Shown: piece by piece, positions 35,671-45,247 of the stretch
Position numbering within the stretch: the stretch's first letter is position 1
Layout: each line of letters opens with the position of its first letter
The notes under the pieces: generated by a model
What the model saw: the letters and a program-made list of their open reading frames with translations, nothing else
Told to the model about the DNA's origin: nothing
Databases searched by the model: none
NCBI GenBank assembly: GCA_944323805.1
Contig: CALUTW010000002.1
Location: 79,659 to 143,658 of the forward strand
Length of the DNA stretch: 64,000 nucleotides
Reading direction: 5' to 3'
DNA from: an uncultured Bacteroidales bacterium
GTDB taxonomy: Bacteria; Bacteroidota; Bacteroidia; Bacteroidales; UBA932
Program-made: the position numbers and the translations under genes

Positions 35671-38600
35671 ATGAAAGAAAACAGGAAAAGACTGAAGACC
35701 GTATGGAAAGTCCTGTTCTGGATTGCCGGGATATGGGCCTTGATTCTGATTGTCATACAGGTGGCATTGTCCCCGTCGGTACTGACAAGGATGGCGAACA
35801 GGTTCGCCGACAGCTATATCGATGCCGATGTCTCGTTCGGGGATGTCAGGCTCTCCGTATTCAGGAGCTTCCCATACCTTAACATCGGCTTCTCGGATGT
35901 ATCCGTAACATATCCGCATGACAGGTACGGATACACTGACAACAGCTTCTATTCAAGGCAGGGACGCGGCGAGACAGCCGATACGCTTGCCTCTTTCAGG
36001 CGTCTTTATGCATCTGTCGACATTACTGCCCTGGCTGCCGGGACCATAAAGGTTCCGGGACTTATGCTGAACAGGCCGCGTATCTTTGCCCGCAAGTTCC
36101 CGGGCGGGGAAGTCAACTGGGATATAATGAAAACTCCTGCAGACACCGTAGCAGAGCAGGATACCGTTCCCGGGAAGATGCCCCGCATCATACTCGGCAG
36201 GATTACCCTGAATGGCCGGCCGCATGTGGTATATTCCGCCCCTGGGGACACTGTATTCGCCATGGCCAGCCTCAGCAGGTTCAGATTCAACGGCCGCCTT
36301 GCAATGGGCAGGCAGGGAAGGAACAGGATAGGGTTCGAAATAGACAGCATGTTCGTTTCCGGGCGGCTTCCGTCCGACACTCTCGCACTTAAGCTCGACA
36401 GGCTTTCCATCGGGGCACAACGCGGTGTCATAGACCTGAATGCCTCGGCAACCACCTATATGGCAATGAGTTCATATGGCAGGATGCGGCTCCCTCTCGA
36501 TATCGAGGCAGAAGTGGCATTCCCGAGGGATTCCGTATTCTCGGTGGATGTCAGGAAATTCAGGGCCACTGTCGCGGACATTCCGCTCAAGGCCAACGGA
36601 TACATCAGCTATGGCGACCGCCTCTACGTGAAAGGGACGGCATCCATAGACCGGTGCAAGGTCAATGACGTACTTGACTATTTCCGGAAGAATATAATGA
36701 AAAAGGCTGCCGACATAGACACCGATGCAGAAATATCCCTTTCAGCGGCCTTTGACGGGTATTACGACTCTTCTGCAGGAGAAATACCGGAGATAACCGC
36801 ACATCTCGAGATTCCACATTCATCGATAGGCAACAAGGCATTCAACATCAGGCATGAGATCGCCCTGGATTCAGACCTGTCAGGAAGCCGCAGCGGGAAA
36901 ATGGATATCAGCCTCCATGACTTTCATATCAGTGGAAAGGCTATTGAAATCAATGCGAAAGGAAAAGCCGCAGACATTCTCGGGAAAGACCCGGAACTGG
37001 ATCTTGATGCCAGCGCCGACATCAACCTCGACACACTCTCCCGATATCTGAAAAAGAACAGCGGACTGTCTGTTTCGGGAGGCCTTTCAGCCGGGCTGAA
37101 GGGACATGCATCCCTGTCGGAGCTTGACCCGTACCAACTGGCACAGGCGGACATCTCCGGCCACATTAGGACATCCGGGCTGCATGTAATATCGGAGAAA
37201 GACACACTTGACATGTTCGCGGACAGCCTTAACGTATGGTTAGGGGCAGTCGGCAACACACGGGACTCCAGTGTCGCGCAAGGGGAACGGATGCTTGCAC
37301 TCACGGCATATCTGGACAGCACCCGCATCTCATATAAGGACATGGTCAGGATAACGGGGAAAAGGCTGTCGCTTAAGGCGCAGAATTCAGCAGCCGTCCT
37401 CAACAAGGCCGATTCATCCAGATTCTATCCGTTCGGGGGCAGGCTCGACATCGGGATACTGTCCATGACAGGGACCGACACGTCATTTATTGCAGTGGCA
37501 AATTCCAGCAATATATTCAAGATTTCCCCGAAGCCTTCCAACAGCGAGATACCGGTGCTTACACTGGACAGCTCCACAGACAGGGTATTTCTCAGGGATC
37601 CGGTCAACAGGCTTGCACTCAGAGGCCTGGACCTGGATGCCGTTGCCGCGATGAACTCCATTGAGCGGAGACAGCGGGCAAAGGAATTCATAGATTCCCT
37701 GTCAAGGAAATATCCTGACATCCCGAGGGACTCGCTTTTCGGGCATCTGCGCAGGACAAGAGGCTCCAGACCTGTCCCGGACTGGCTCAGCGAAAAGGAC
37801 TTCATGAAGAAAGACCTCAGCCTGAGACTCGATGATACAATGGCCAAGTATTTCAGGGAATGGGACCTGGAAGGCTCGCTATCCCTGACCAGAGCCAATA
37901 TCATGAGTCCGTACTTCCCGCTCCGCAACAGGCTCTCCGACATAAGGGCAAGCTTCAGCAACAACGAGATAAGATTCGACAGCTTCAATCTCCGCAGCGG
38001 GACATCGGATCTGGAGGTAGCCGGACAGCTTACAGGCCTGAAACGTGCCCTGCTGGGAAGAGGCTTCATCAACCTTGATATGGACATCAATTCCGGCAGG
38101 CTGAATATAAATGAATTGCTCGGGGCATATTCCGCCGGGAGCAGCTTCAGACCGGAAGACACATCCGCAGCCACACTGGATATTGACGATGACAGCTACA
38201 TGGAGATGTATGTGACAGATACGCTGGCAGATGCCTCAATAACGACATCCCCACTTATTGTTGTGCCAGGCAATATTACCGCCGACATCTCTCTGAAAGC
38301 CGCCAATGTGACATATTCGTCATTGACAATCGATACAATGACAACAGACCTGGTCATCAAGGAGAGATGCATACAGCTGACGAATACCATCGCCAACTCA
38401 AATGTCGGAGACATAGAGTTCGAGGGGTTCTATTCAACCCGGACCAAGCAGGATCTCAGGACAGGCTTCGACCTTGCCCTCAAGGACATAACGGCAGAGA
38501 AGGTTATTGAGATGATGCCGGCCGTCGACTCAGTGATGCCTATGCTCAAATCTTTCAGGGGAATGCTCAACTGCATGATATCGGCTACAGCAGATATCGA

Positions 38601-39189
38601 CACACTGATGAATATCGATATGCCAAGCATCAATGGCGTTATCCGTATTACCGGAGATAACCTGACCCTTTCCGAAAGTACGGCATTTACCGAAATAGCC
38701 CGGAAACTCAGGTTCAAGGACCGGGAGAGCGGCCATATCGACAGGATGTCAGTTGAAGGACTGATCTCCGACAGCCGGCTTGAAGTGTTCCCGTTCGTAC
38801 TGACAGTAGACAGATACACCCTTGCAATGAGCGGTGTCCAGAATCTGGATACAAGCTTCAAGTACCATGTATCTGTCATCGACTCCCCTATCCCGTTCCG
38901 CGTCGGGATAGACCTGTCGGGCAATTTCGAAGACTTCAGGTTCAGGATAGGAAAAGCCAAATACAAGAGCACTGACGTACCTGTATTCTCCAGTGTGATA
39001 GACCAGACCCGCGTCAATCTCAGGGAATCCATCCACGACATATTCCGGCAGGGCGTAGACAATGCCATAAAGGAGAATGCCAGGATGAGAATCATCGAAG
39101 ACTACAAGAAGAAGATAAGCTACAGACAGGTCATCGACCAGCAGCTCGATTCCCTGTCTGCAGAAGAACAGGCCCAACTCGGGGAGTAG
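35671..39189 (+). CDS. AsmA-like (AsmA/TamB bridge-like) envelope protein
   Basis: N-terminal TM anchor, long beta-rich body, C-terminal AsmA-like region (EVFPFVL...G.QNLD..F.YH); TATATTTG promoter at 35639-35646. Confidence 0.8.
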   Translation: MKENRKRLKTVWKVLFWIAGIWALILIVIQVALSPSVLTRMANRFADSYIDADVSFGDVRLSVFRSFPYLNIGFSDVSVTYPHDRYGYTDNSFYSRQGRGETADTLASFRRLYASVDITALAAGTIKVPGLMLNRPRIFARKFPGGEVNWDIMKTPADTVAEQDTVPGKMPRIILGRITLNGRPHVVYSAPGDTVFAMASLSRFRFNGRLAMGRQGRNRIGFEIDSMFVSGRLPSDTLALKLDRLSIGAQRGVIDLNASATTYMAMSSYGRMRLPLDIEAEVAFPRDSVFSVDVRKFRATVADIPLKANGYISYGDRLYVKGTASIDRCKVNDVLDYFRKNIMKKAADIDTDAEISLSAAFDGYYDSSAGEIPEITAHLEIPHSSIGNKAFNIRHEIALDSDLSGSRSGKMDISLHDFHISGKAIEINAKGKAADILGKDPELDLDASADINLDTLSRYLKKNSGLSVSGGLSAGLKGHASLSELDPYQLAQADISGHIRTSGLHVISEKDTLDMFADSLNVWLGAVGNTRDSSVAQGERMLALTAYLDSTRISYKDMVRITGKRLSLKAQNSAAVLNKADSSRFYPFGGRLDIGILSMTGTDTSFIAVANSSNIFKISPKPSNSEIPVLTLDSSTDRVFLRDPVNRLALRGLDLDAVAAMNSIERRQRAKEFIDSLSRKYPDIPRDSLFGHLRRTRGSRPVPDWLSEKDFMKKDLSLRLDDTMAKYFREWDLEGSLSLTRANIMSPYFPLRNRLSDIRASFSNNEIRFDSFNLRSGTSDLEVAGQLTGLKRALLGRGFINLDMDINSGRLNINELLGAYSAGSSFRPEDTSAATLDIDDDSYMEMYVTDTLADASITTSPLIVVPGNITADISLKAANVTYSSLTIDTMTTDLVIKERCIQLTNTIANSNVGDIEFEGFYSTRTKQDLRTGFDLALKDITAEKVIEMMPAVDSVMPMLKSFRGMLNCMISATADIDTLMNIDMPSINGVIRITGDNLTLSESTAFTEIARKLRFKDRESGHIDRMSVEGLISDSRLEVFPFVLTVDRYTLAMSGVQNLDTSFKYHVSVIDSPIPFRVGIDLSGNFEDFRFRIGKAKYKSTDVPVFSSVIDQTRVNLRESIHDIFRQGVDNAIKENARMRIIEDYKKKISYRQVIDQQLDSLSAEEQAQLGE

Positions 39190-39211
39190 GGCCTGCGTAT
39201 AATAATGTATT

Positions 39212-40588
39212 TCAGACCTTTTCCAGCTCTATGGTAAAGTGTCTCATTATAGGCAGCTCCTTTGCTATCCGGTATCCCGTCGTAATGCTGTCCCTCCTGT
39301 CATAGACATTGCGGAGGGCGGCAGCGACATAGTCCATGTGATTGTTTGTGTATACCCTCCTGGCAACGGCCAGCCTCAGCAGCTCAAGACGCGGATACCT
39401 GTTCTCATGAGTCTCAGGGTCCCTGTCCGCAAGAAGAGCGCCTATCTCCACTCCCCTTATACCGCCCTCGAGATAGAGTTCGACAGCAAGTGTCTGTGCC
39501 TGGAACTGCTCTTTCGGGAGCTTCCGGAGAATCTTCTTGGCATCGACAAAAATCGCATGTCCGCCCGCAGGTCTCTGATAAGGTATGCCGTATTCATCCA
39601 GCTTTGATGCGAGATAGGCCACCTGCCCGATCCTTGTCGACAGATAGTCGAAATCCATACTTTCCTGAAGTCCCTGCGCAAGGGCATTCATGTCGCGTCC
39701 GGCCATGCCTCCATATGTCAGGAATCCTTCATACATTATGCTGTACATCTGGCATTTCTGCATATCCTTCTCGTCCTTGAAGGCGAGGAAGCCGCCTATA
39801 TTCACGATTCCGTCCTTCTTGGCGGACATTGTCATATAATCGGCATATGAATATATTTCACGGGCAATCTCCTTGATGCTCTTGTCGGCATAGCCCGGCT
39901 CCCTTGTCTTGATGAAGTACGCATTCTCGGCAAACCGCGCTGAATCTATGAGCAGCTTTACCCCGTATTTATGGCAGAGAGCCGAGACTCCGCGGATATT
40001 CTCCATGGATACAGGCTGCCCTCCTGCCGTATTGTTGGTAATTGTCAGCACAACTGCCGGAATCCGCTCCTTAGGATGCGCCTTAAGGACATCCTCCAGT
40101 TTCCCGAGGTCCATATTCCCCTTAAAAGGTATTTCAAGCTCGGTATCCGATGCCTCATCTATGGTACAGTCTATCGCATGGGCCCTGCGGAACTCTATAT
40201 GCCCCTTTGTCGTATCGAAATGGGAATTCCCCGGAAGATAGTCCCCCTCCTTTACTATTGCGGAGAAAAGCACATTCTCGGCTGCACGGCCCTGATGTGT
40301 CGGCAGCACATATTCAAGGCCAGTGATATCCTTTATCGAATCCTTAAGCCGATAGAAGGACGATGCGCCGGCATAGCTTTCATCCCCCTCCATTATGGCA
40401 GCCCACTGCCTGTCACTCATCGCGCCTGTCCCGGAATCGGTAAGCATATCGATATACACATACTCGCTCCTGAGATTGAACAGATTGAACTTGGCATCCG
40501 CAATCCATTTCTCCCGTTCCTGCCGGGTCGACCTGTGGAGATTCTCCACCATCTTGATACGGTACGATTCTGCAAAAGGAAGTTCCAT
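39212..40588 (-). CDS. tnaA: Tryptophanase (Bacteroides type, PLP-dependent)
   Basis: MELPFAES start, LTDSGT, GDESYAG, THQGRAAE, SAKKD (PLP lysine). FDTT and RHFT favour tryptophanase over tyrosine phenol-lyase (FTTT/RFFT). Start moved from 40624 to 40588. Confidence 0.92.
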   Translation of the reverse strand: MELPFAESYRIKMVENLHRSTRQEREKWIADAKFNLFNLRSEYVYIDMLTDSGTGAMSDRQWAAIMEGDESYAGASSFYRLKDSIKDITGLEYVLPTHQGRAAENVLFSAIVKEGDYLPGNSHFDTTKGHIEFRRAHAIDCTIDEASDTELEIPFKGNMDLGKLEDVLKAHPKERIPAVVLTITNNTAGGQPVSMENIRGVSALCHKYGVKLLIDSARFAENAYFIKTREPGYADKSIKEIAREIYSYADYMTMSAKKDGIVNIGGFLAFKDEKDMQKCQMYSIMYEGFLTYGGMAGRDMNALAQGLQESMDFDYLSTRIGQVAYLASKLDEYGIPYQRPAGGHAIFVDAKKILRKLPKEQFQAQTLAVELYLEGGIRGVEIGALLADRDPETHENRYPRLELLRLAVARRVYTNNHMDYVAAALRNVYDRRDSITTGYRIAKELPIMRHFTIELEKV

Positions 40589-40797
40589 AGCAATATTTAC
40601 ATTATTGTTAAACTTTAAAATCATATGATGCTAATTTATATCAAATTTCAAGTACCTGCAAGATTTTCGATACATTTCATTATCGAAACTGCACCGGTAT
40701 GCCACATGATGAAATTATTTACAAAATATATCCACTGAAATGTCCGAATCTGAAAGGTTCTCAGTACATTTGCAGAAATCAAAACCGAAAGGAAAAC

Positions 40798-41673
40798 ATG
40801 AACAGCCAGGAATACATAGAAGTTTCAGTCAGGATCGACCCGTTTACGGAAGAAAATGCCGAAATCCTGATGGCAGAGCTGGAGGACATGCCGTTCGAGT
40901 CCTTCTCGACAGAAGAGCCCTACCTGAAATGCTACATCCCCAAAGACGAATACAGTCCCCAGATGCTCAAGCTGACTCTCAATGGGCTGGAAGAGAACAT
41001 TTTCAAAGTAACCGAATTTTTTGCGAAACTGATTCCGGCAACCAACTGGAATGCATTGTGGGAAAGCAACTTCAGTCCGATAATAGTGGACGGGAAATGT
41101 ACAGTAAAGGCATCTTTCCATAAAGGGCTCAAGAGGACAAGATTCAATATAACAATCAATCCGCAGATGGCATTCGGTACCGGCCACCACCAGACAACAT
41201 ACATGATGTGCAGGGCGCTTCTGCAGAACGAGGCCTCGGTAAAAGGCAGTGTAGTCATGGACATGGGATGCGGCACGGCCATCCTGGCCATCCTGGCCGC
41301 AAAGATGGGGGCGGCACATGTATACGGCATCGACATAGATGCCGTTGCAGCGGTATCCGCATTCGACAACGCCAGACTCAACAGGGTCTCCCGGCATGTC
41401 GAGACATATTGCGGGGATGCATCGTTGCTCCAGATGGGGAAATATGACATCCTGCTCGCCAATATCAACAGGAACATACTCCTTCAGGACATACCGACAT
41501 ATTCCCGTTCCCTCAGGAAAGACGGACTGCTGTTTGTCAGCGGCTTCTATACTGAGGACCTGCCTATGATCCGGGGTGTAGCCGAGGCAAACGGGCTCGA
41601 GTTTACCGGCAGCGATTCAATGGACAGCTGGTGCTGTGCCGGTTTCAAGAAAATTTTGCGCAATATGATTTAA
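40798..41673 (+). CDS. prmA: Ribosomal protein L11 methyltransferase
   Basis: NWNALWE, PQMAFGTGHHQTT, DMGCGTAIL, ANINRN; TACATTTG promoter at 40765-40772 supports the start at 40798. Confidence 0.95.
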   Translation: MNSQEYIEVSVRIDPFTEENAEILMAELEDMPFESFSTEEPYLKCYIPKDEYSPQMLKLTLNGLEENIFKVTEFFAKLIPATNWNALWESNFSPIIVDGKCTVKASFHKGLKRTRFNITINPQMAFGTGHHQTTYMMCRALLQNEASVKGSVVMDMGCGTAILAILAAKMGAAHVYGIDIDAVAAVSAFDNARLNRVSRHVETYCGDASLLQMGKYDILLANINRNILLQDIPTYSRSLRKDGLLFVSGFYTEDLPMIRGVAEANGLEFTGSDSMDSWCCAGFKKILRNMI

Positions 41674-41685
41674 TACTTATATTTG
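41655..41685 (+). promoter_or_regulatory. tRNA-Leu promoter: TTTG (-33) 19 nt before TATATTTG (-7)
   Basis: Consensus Bacteroidota elements and spacing. Confidence 0.75.
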
Positions 41686-41719
41686 CAGCCCTTACCGTCT
41701 TACGACAGGTAAGCCCGCT

Positions 41720-41801
41720 GCGGGCGTGTTGTAATTGGTAGCCAAGCCAGACTTAGGATCTGGTGCCGTGAGGCGTATGGGTTCGAGTCCCTTCGCCCGC
41801 A
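41720..41801 (+). tRNA. tRNA-Leu (anticodon TAG), CCA not encoded
   Basis: GCGGGCG/CGCCCGC acceptor stem, ccaga-ctTAGga-tctgg anticodon arm, long variable arm, TTCGAGT loop. Confidence 0.97.
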
Positions 41802-41807
41802 CAAGGG

Positions 41808-41842
41808 GACAGAGGCCGGATTTTCCGCCTCTGTCTTTGTTT
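41808..41842 (+). terminator. Terminator after tRNA-Leu
   Basis: gacagagg/cctctgtc stem followed by tttgtttt. Confidence 0.8.
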
Positions 41843-41881
41843 TATAACAGCCTGACATTGACTTGGGTTGGTAAGATGGAT

Positions 41882-41909
41882 AAAAAAAAGACAGCCCTGA
41901 TGGACTGTC
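41882..41909 (-). terminator. Terminator after initiator tRNA-Met
   Basis: gacagtcc-atca-gggctgtc followed by T8 on the minus strand. Confidence 0.85.
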
Positions 41910-41914
41910 CTGCT

Positions 41915-41990
41915 TGGTAGCGGGGGAAGGACTCGAACCTCCGGCCTCCGGGTTATGAGCCCGACGAGCTACCAACTGCTCTACCCCGCG
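41915..41990 (-). tRNA. Initiator tRNA-fMet (CAT), CCA encoded
   Basis: CGCGGGG start with an unpaired 1:72 position, three G-C pairs closing the CAT anticodon stem, TTCGAGT loop; promoter TACCTTTG 42009-42002 with TTTG 19 nt upstream. Confidence 0.97.
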
Positions 41991-42048
41991 ATTTTGGACT
42001 ACAAAGGTAGTCATATTTTTTATATCTGCAAAAATATTTTTATTTTTT

Positions 42049-43026
42049 TCATTTTATCCGGTTGCCTTTTGACGAAGATACTATCATAAAGGTAATGGCG
42101 GCCATCGTCAGGAGAATCCCCGTCACGACGTTTGCGGTTATCCTTTCCCCGAATGCCAAAGCCCCGACAAGAATAGCCGTCACAGGCTCGAATACCCCGA
42201 GGACGGATGCCTTTGTAGCCCCGATTATACGCGTCGCCATGGCAAGTGTGGCAGTAGACACGACAGTCGGCATGACAGCCAGCCCCACCAGGCTTCCCCA
42301 TACGGAGATATCGTCCAGTCCGCTGAACAGGATATCGGAGACAGCAGCACCGGACCCGGACATCTCTGCAGCTCCGACAAGGCTGTGAATCAGGAAAAGT
42401 GCCGAACCTGTCAGCAATGCATAGAATGTCAGCAGGGAATTGGATACAGTACGTATTACCCTGCTGCGGTTGACTATCACAATGAACATGGCATATGCCA
42501 GCGCCGAGCCGAATGACAGGGCGAGCCCTCTCCATTGCAGCATGGCCTCCCCGTCTGAACGGCACAGGAACAGTACGCCGACAAATGTCATCACGATTGA
42601 AAGCCATACCTGCCATGTAGGATATACCCGCATGAAGACCATGATGACAGCGACAAGGACCGGATACAGGAAAACAATGGTTGTCGCCACTCCCGACGGG
42701 ATATACCGGTATGCCTCAAACAGAGTAAGGCTGCTGAGGGCAAAAAGTATCCCCAGGATGAGCAGCCTTATGGCCTGCCTGCGGCTTACCCTGAAACTTT
42801 CCCCTCTGACAGCAAGCCATCCCCCGAGAACGGCTACGGCCAGAAGGTATCTGAAGAACAGTATCTCATCGACAGAAATGCCCCGCCTCATCAGGGGGAC
42901 AGCGAACAGGGGATTGAGCCCGTAGGTAACACCTGTGACAATTCCGGCGACATAGCCCCAGACAGCAGACGGCTGCCTTACGGAGGAAGACGCCATGCCT
43001 CCCTCCGTCAATGATTTTTCACTCAT
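42049..43026 (-). CDS. DMT/EamA family transporter
   Basis: TYGLNPLF, TTIVFLYP, GVFEPVTA; about 10 TM helices. Confidence 0.9.
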   Translation of the reverse strand: MSEKSLTEGGMASSSVRQPSAVWGYVAGIVTGVTYGLNPLFAVPLMRRGISVDEILFFRYLLAVAVLGGWLAVRGESFRVSRRQAIRLLILGILFALSSLTLFEAYRYIPSGVATTIVFLYPVLVAVIMVFMRVYPTWQVWLSIVMTFVGVLFLCRSDGEAMLQWRGLALSFGSALAYAMFIVIVNRSRVIRTVSNSLLTFYALLTGSALFLIHSLVGAAEMSGSGAAVSDILFSGLDDISVWGSLVGLAVMPTVVSTATLAMATRIIGATKASVLGVFEPVTAILVGALAFGERITANVVTGILLTMAAITFMIVSSSKGNRIK

Positions 43027-43030
43027 GATG

Positions 43031-44440
43031 TTATTCCAGGAAACCTGTCATTGCGGATATGTCCGATACCGGGAAAGTCCTCTGCTCCCCTGTAGCGAGA
43101 TTCTTCAGGTTAATCTCCCCTCTGGACATCTCATCGCCACCTACTATGGAAATGAACGGGATGGACTTCTTTCCGGCGTAGTCGAACTGCTTCTTGAGCT
43201 TCCCCGGCTCATGATAAATCTCGCAAGGCACACCGGCATCACGCAGTTTCTTCACGACAGGAATCAGATATCTCAGCTCGTCATTACCCATATTGGCAAA
43301 GAGCACCTTGGTATAGGCAGTTACCTCCTTAGGGAACAGGTCAAGTCCCTTGAGCACATCATAGATGCGGTCGGCGCCGAACGAAATCCCGACTCCTGAC
43401 ATGCCCGGAAGACCGAAGATTCCTGTAAGATTGTCATACCTTCCGCCGCCGCAGATACTTCCTATCTGGAAATCCTTTGCCTTGACCTCGAATATTGCCC
43501 CTGTATAATAGTTGAGCCCCCTTGCCAGCGAGAGGTCAAGCTCCACTTCATGGGATATGCCTGCCGCCTCTATCAGTCCGAAAAGCTCATCAAGTTCGTC
43601 AAGTCCCTTGAGACCGGTCTCAGACACCAGCCCGGATGCGGATTTTCCGCCCATGAGCTCCCTCATTACGGCAATCTTCTCCTCTGTCGTCCCTGAAAGC
43701 ATCAGCACCGGCTCTATGACCTTTATTGCATCGTCGGACAGGCCTTTCTCATGCATTTCCGCTTCGACAGCCTCAAGTCCCACCTTGTCAATCTTGTCGA
43801 TAGCCACAGTGATGTCAACCACCTTGTCCGGAAAGCCGGCAATCTCGGCAAGTCCGGTAAGCACTTTCCTGTTGTTGATCTTGATGCATACATCCACCCC
43901 GAAAAGGCCGAATACCCTGTCCACAATCTGGACAAGCTCCAGCTCATTGAGCAGGGATGAGGACCCTATGACATCCACATCGCACTGATAGAATTCCCTG
44001 TAGCGGCCTTTCTGCGGCCTGTCCGCCCTCCATACGGGCTGAATCTGATACCGCTTGAAAGGGAACGATATCTCGCCCTGATGCTGCACCACATATCGTG
44101 CAAAAGGCACCGTCAGGTCATACCTCAGCCCCTTCTCACATACCTTGAGTGACAAGGCCTTGCTGTTGTATGCATTCTCCCCTTCCGGAAGACGGTACTC
44201 TTCGAAGTCGATGCCGGAAAAGGCATCCCCCGAATTAAGTATCCTGAAAAGAAGCTTGTCCCCTTCCTCCCCGTATTTGCCGAGGAGAGTACTGAGATTC
44301 TCCATGGATGGAGTCTCTATGGGAGCATAGCCGTATGTCCTGAATACAGAACGGATAGTGTCGAAAATATAGTTGCGTCCCGCCATCTCGGCAGGACCGA
44401 AATCCCTTGTTCCTTTCGGTATGGACGGTTTCTGAGCCAT
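43031..44440 (-). CDS. hisS: Histidine--tRNA ligase
   Basis: [43 protein letters not shown]; TATCTTTG at 44469-44462 supports MAQKP at 44440 (or 44446). Confidence 0.99.
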   Translation of the reverse strand: MAQKPSIPKGTRDFGPAEMAGRNYIFDTIRSVFRTYGYAPIETPSMENLSTLLGKYGEEGDKLLFRILNSGDAFSGIDFEEYRLPEGENAYNSKALSLKVCEKGLRYDLTVPFARYVVQHQGEISFPFKRYQIQPVWRADRPQKGRYREFYQCDVDVIGSSSLLNELELVQIVDRVFGLFGVDVCIKINNRKVLTGLAEIAGFPDKVVDITVAIDKIDKVGLEAVEAEMHEKGLSDDAIKVIEPVLMLSGTTEEKIAVMRELMGGKSASGLVSETGLKGLDELDELFGLIEAAGISHEVELDLSLARGLNYYTGAIFEVKAKDFQIGSICGGGRYDNLTGIFGLPGMSGVGISFGADRIYDVLKGLDLFPKEVTAYTKVLFANMGNDELRYLIPVVKKLRDAGVPCEIYHEPGKLKKQFDYAGKKSIPFISIVGGDEMSRGEINLKNLATGEQRTFPVSDISAMTGFLE

Positions 44441-44501
44441 AATCATGAATTTAACGTGGCGCAAAGATAATTAAAATTTCTGCGAATGTCTTCCCGGGGA
44501 C

Positions 44502-44533
44502 AAAAATTAAGGGACCGGCGCTGGCCAGTCCCT
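44502..44533 (-). terminator. Intrinsic terminator closing the TBDR-nfnAB-lipoprotein-sORF cluster
   Basis: agggactggc-cagc-gccggtccct stem followed by taattttt. Confidence 0.75.
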
Positions 44534-44592
44534 CATATCCGGATATCGCTGTTGCCGGGAGACATATCCGCCCGGAACAGATGCTGGTTCTC

Positions 44593-44682
44593 TTATGAAA
44601 ACAACATAAAAGACGAGAGAATCAGGGCAACTACAGCAAAGGCCCCTACTCTTTTGACTGTTTCAACAAGAAATTCTCTCAT
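44593..44682 (-). CDS. Candidate 29-aa single-pass membrane small protein
   Basis: Not in the ORF track. MREFLVETVKRVGAFAVVALILSSFMLFS; A/T-rich upstream region, terminator downstream. Confidence 0.45.
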   Translation of the reverse strand: MREFLVETVKRVGAFAVVALILSSFMLFS

Positions 44683-44776
44683 AGTGCAACAATTTAACGA
44701 TTATCAATCAAACAACGCTCTATAGATGCCTGAAGACACCGCAATGTTGCACGCAATGAGAAAAAATCATATGATT

Positions 44777-45247
44777 TTACATGCCTCCGGTATCCATTTC
44801 CGGATAAAGGAGGATTTCAACTTCATTATCTGCCTGATACATACCGGGGACACTCTCCGATTCGACAAGCATGACGACATAGTCCATAGGGGCATAGTCT
44901 TTCCAGTTCTGTCCATCCCCGATATCGGTCGCATGCAGACTGATATTGGATGAGGGCACGAAACTGCCTTTGAGTTCAAACCTGCCCTCGGCATCGGTCA
45001 CGCAATATGACGGACCGAAATAGCGGTCAACATATGTAATCGCTATTCCTCCCAAGGCAGTCCTGTCAGTACCGTCAAGTACAGTTCCCCTTACCTCGAA
45101 GTCTGCTCCGACTCCGGTATAGATGCCGTCGCCGCCACTTATCGTGCAGGATACGGCAGGACACAGGAGAACAGCCGCACATACAATCCGGGCTATCCGG
45201 CAAATCCTGCCGCAGAAAAGGAGCTTTCGCCTCATAATCCTATGCAT
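44777..45247 (-). CDS. Lipoprotein with carboxypeptidase-regulatory-like fold (resembles radical SAM-associated putative lipoprotein family)
   Basis: Lipobox AVSC, ADFEVRGTVLD, VTDAEGRF, ATDIGD motifs. Confidence 0.6.
   Translation of the reverse strand: MHRIMRRKLLFCGRICRIARIVCAAVLLCPAVSCTISGGDGIYTGVGADFEVRGTVLDGTDRTALGGIAITYVDRYFGPSYCVTDAEGRFELKGSFVPSSNISLHATDIGDGQNWKDYAPMDYVVMLVESESVPGMYQADNEVEILLYPEMDTGGM

Noticed and set aside
40589-40700. tnaC-type leader peptide
   Set aside because: No short Trp-containing ORF is present upstream of tnaA.
41801-41915. tRNA-targeted integration site or genomic island
   Set aside because: No integrase, no duplicated tRNA 3' end elsewhere in the window, and no island-like gene content.
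41700-42014. Track ORFs 41700-42014 (-) and 41735-41920 (+)
   Set aside because: They are translations of the two tRNA genes and their terminators.
44486-44953. Plus-strand ORFs 44486-44725 and 44726-44953
   Set aside because: They overlap the hisS upstream region, a terminator and the lipoprotein gene, and show no protein-like signal; the minus-strand 29-aa ORF explains the region better.
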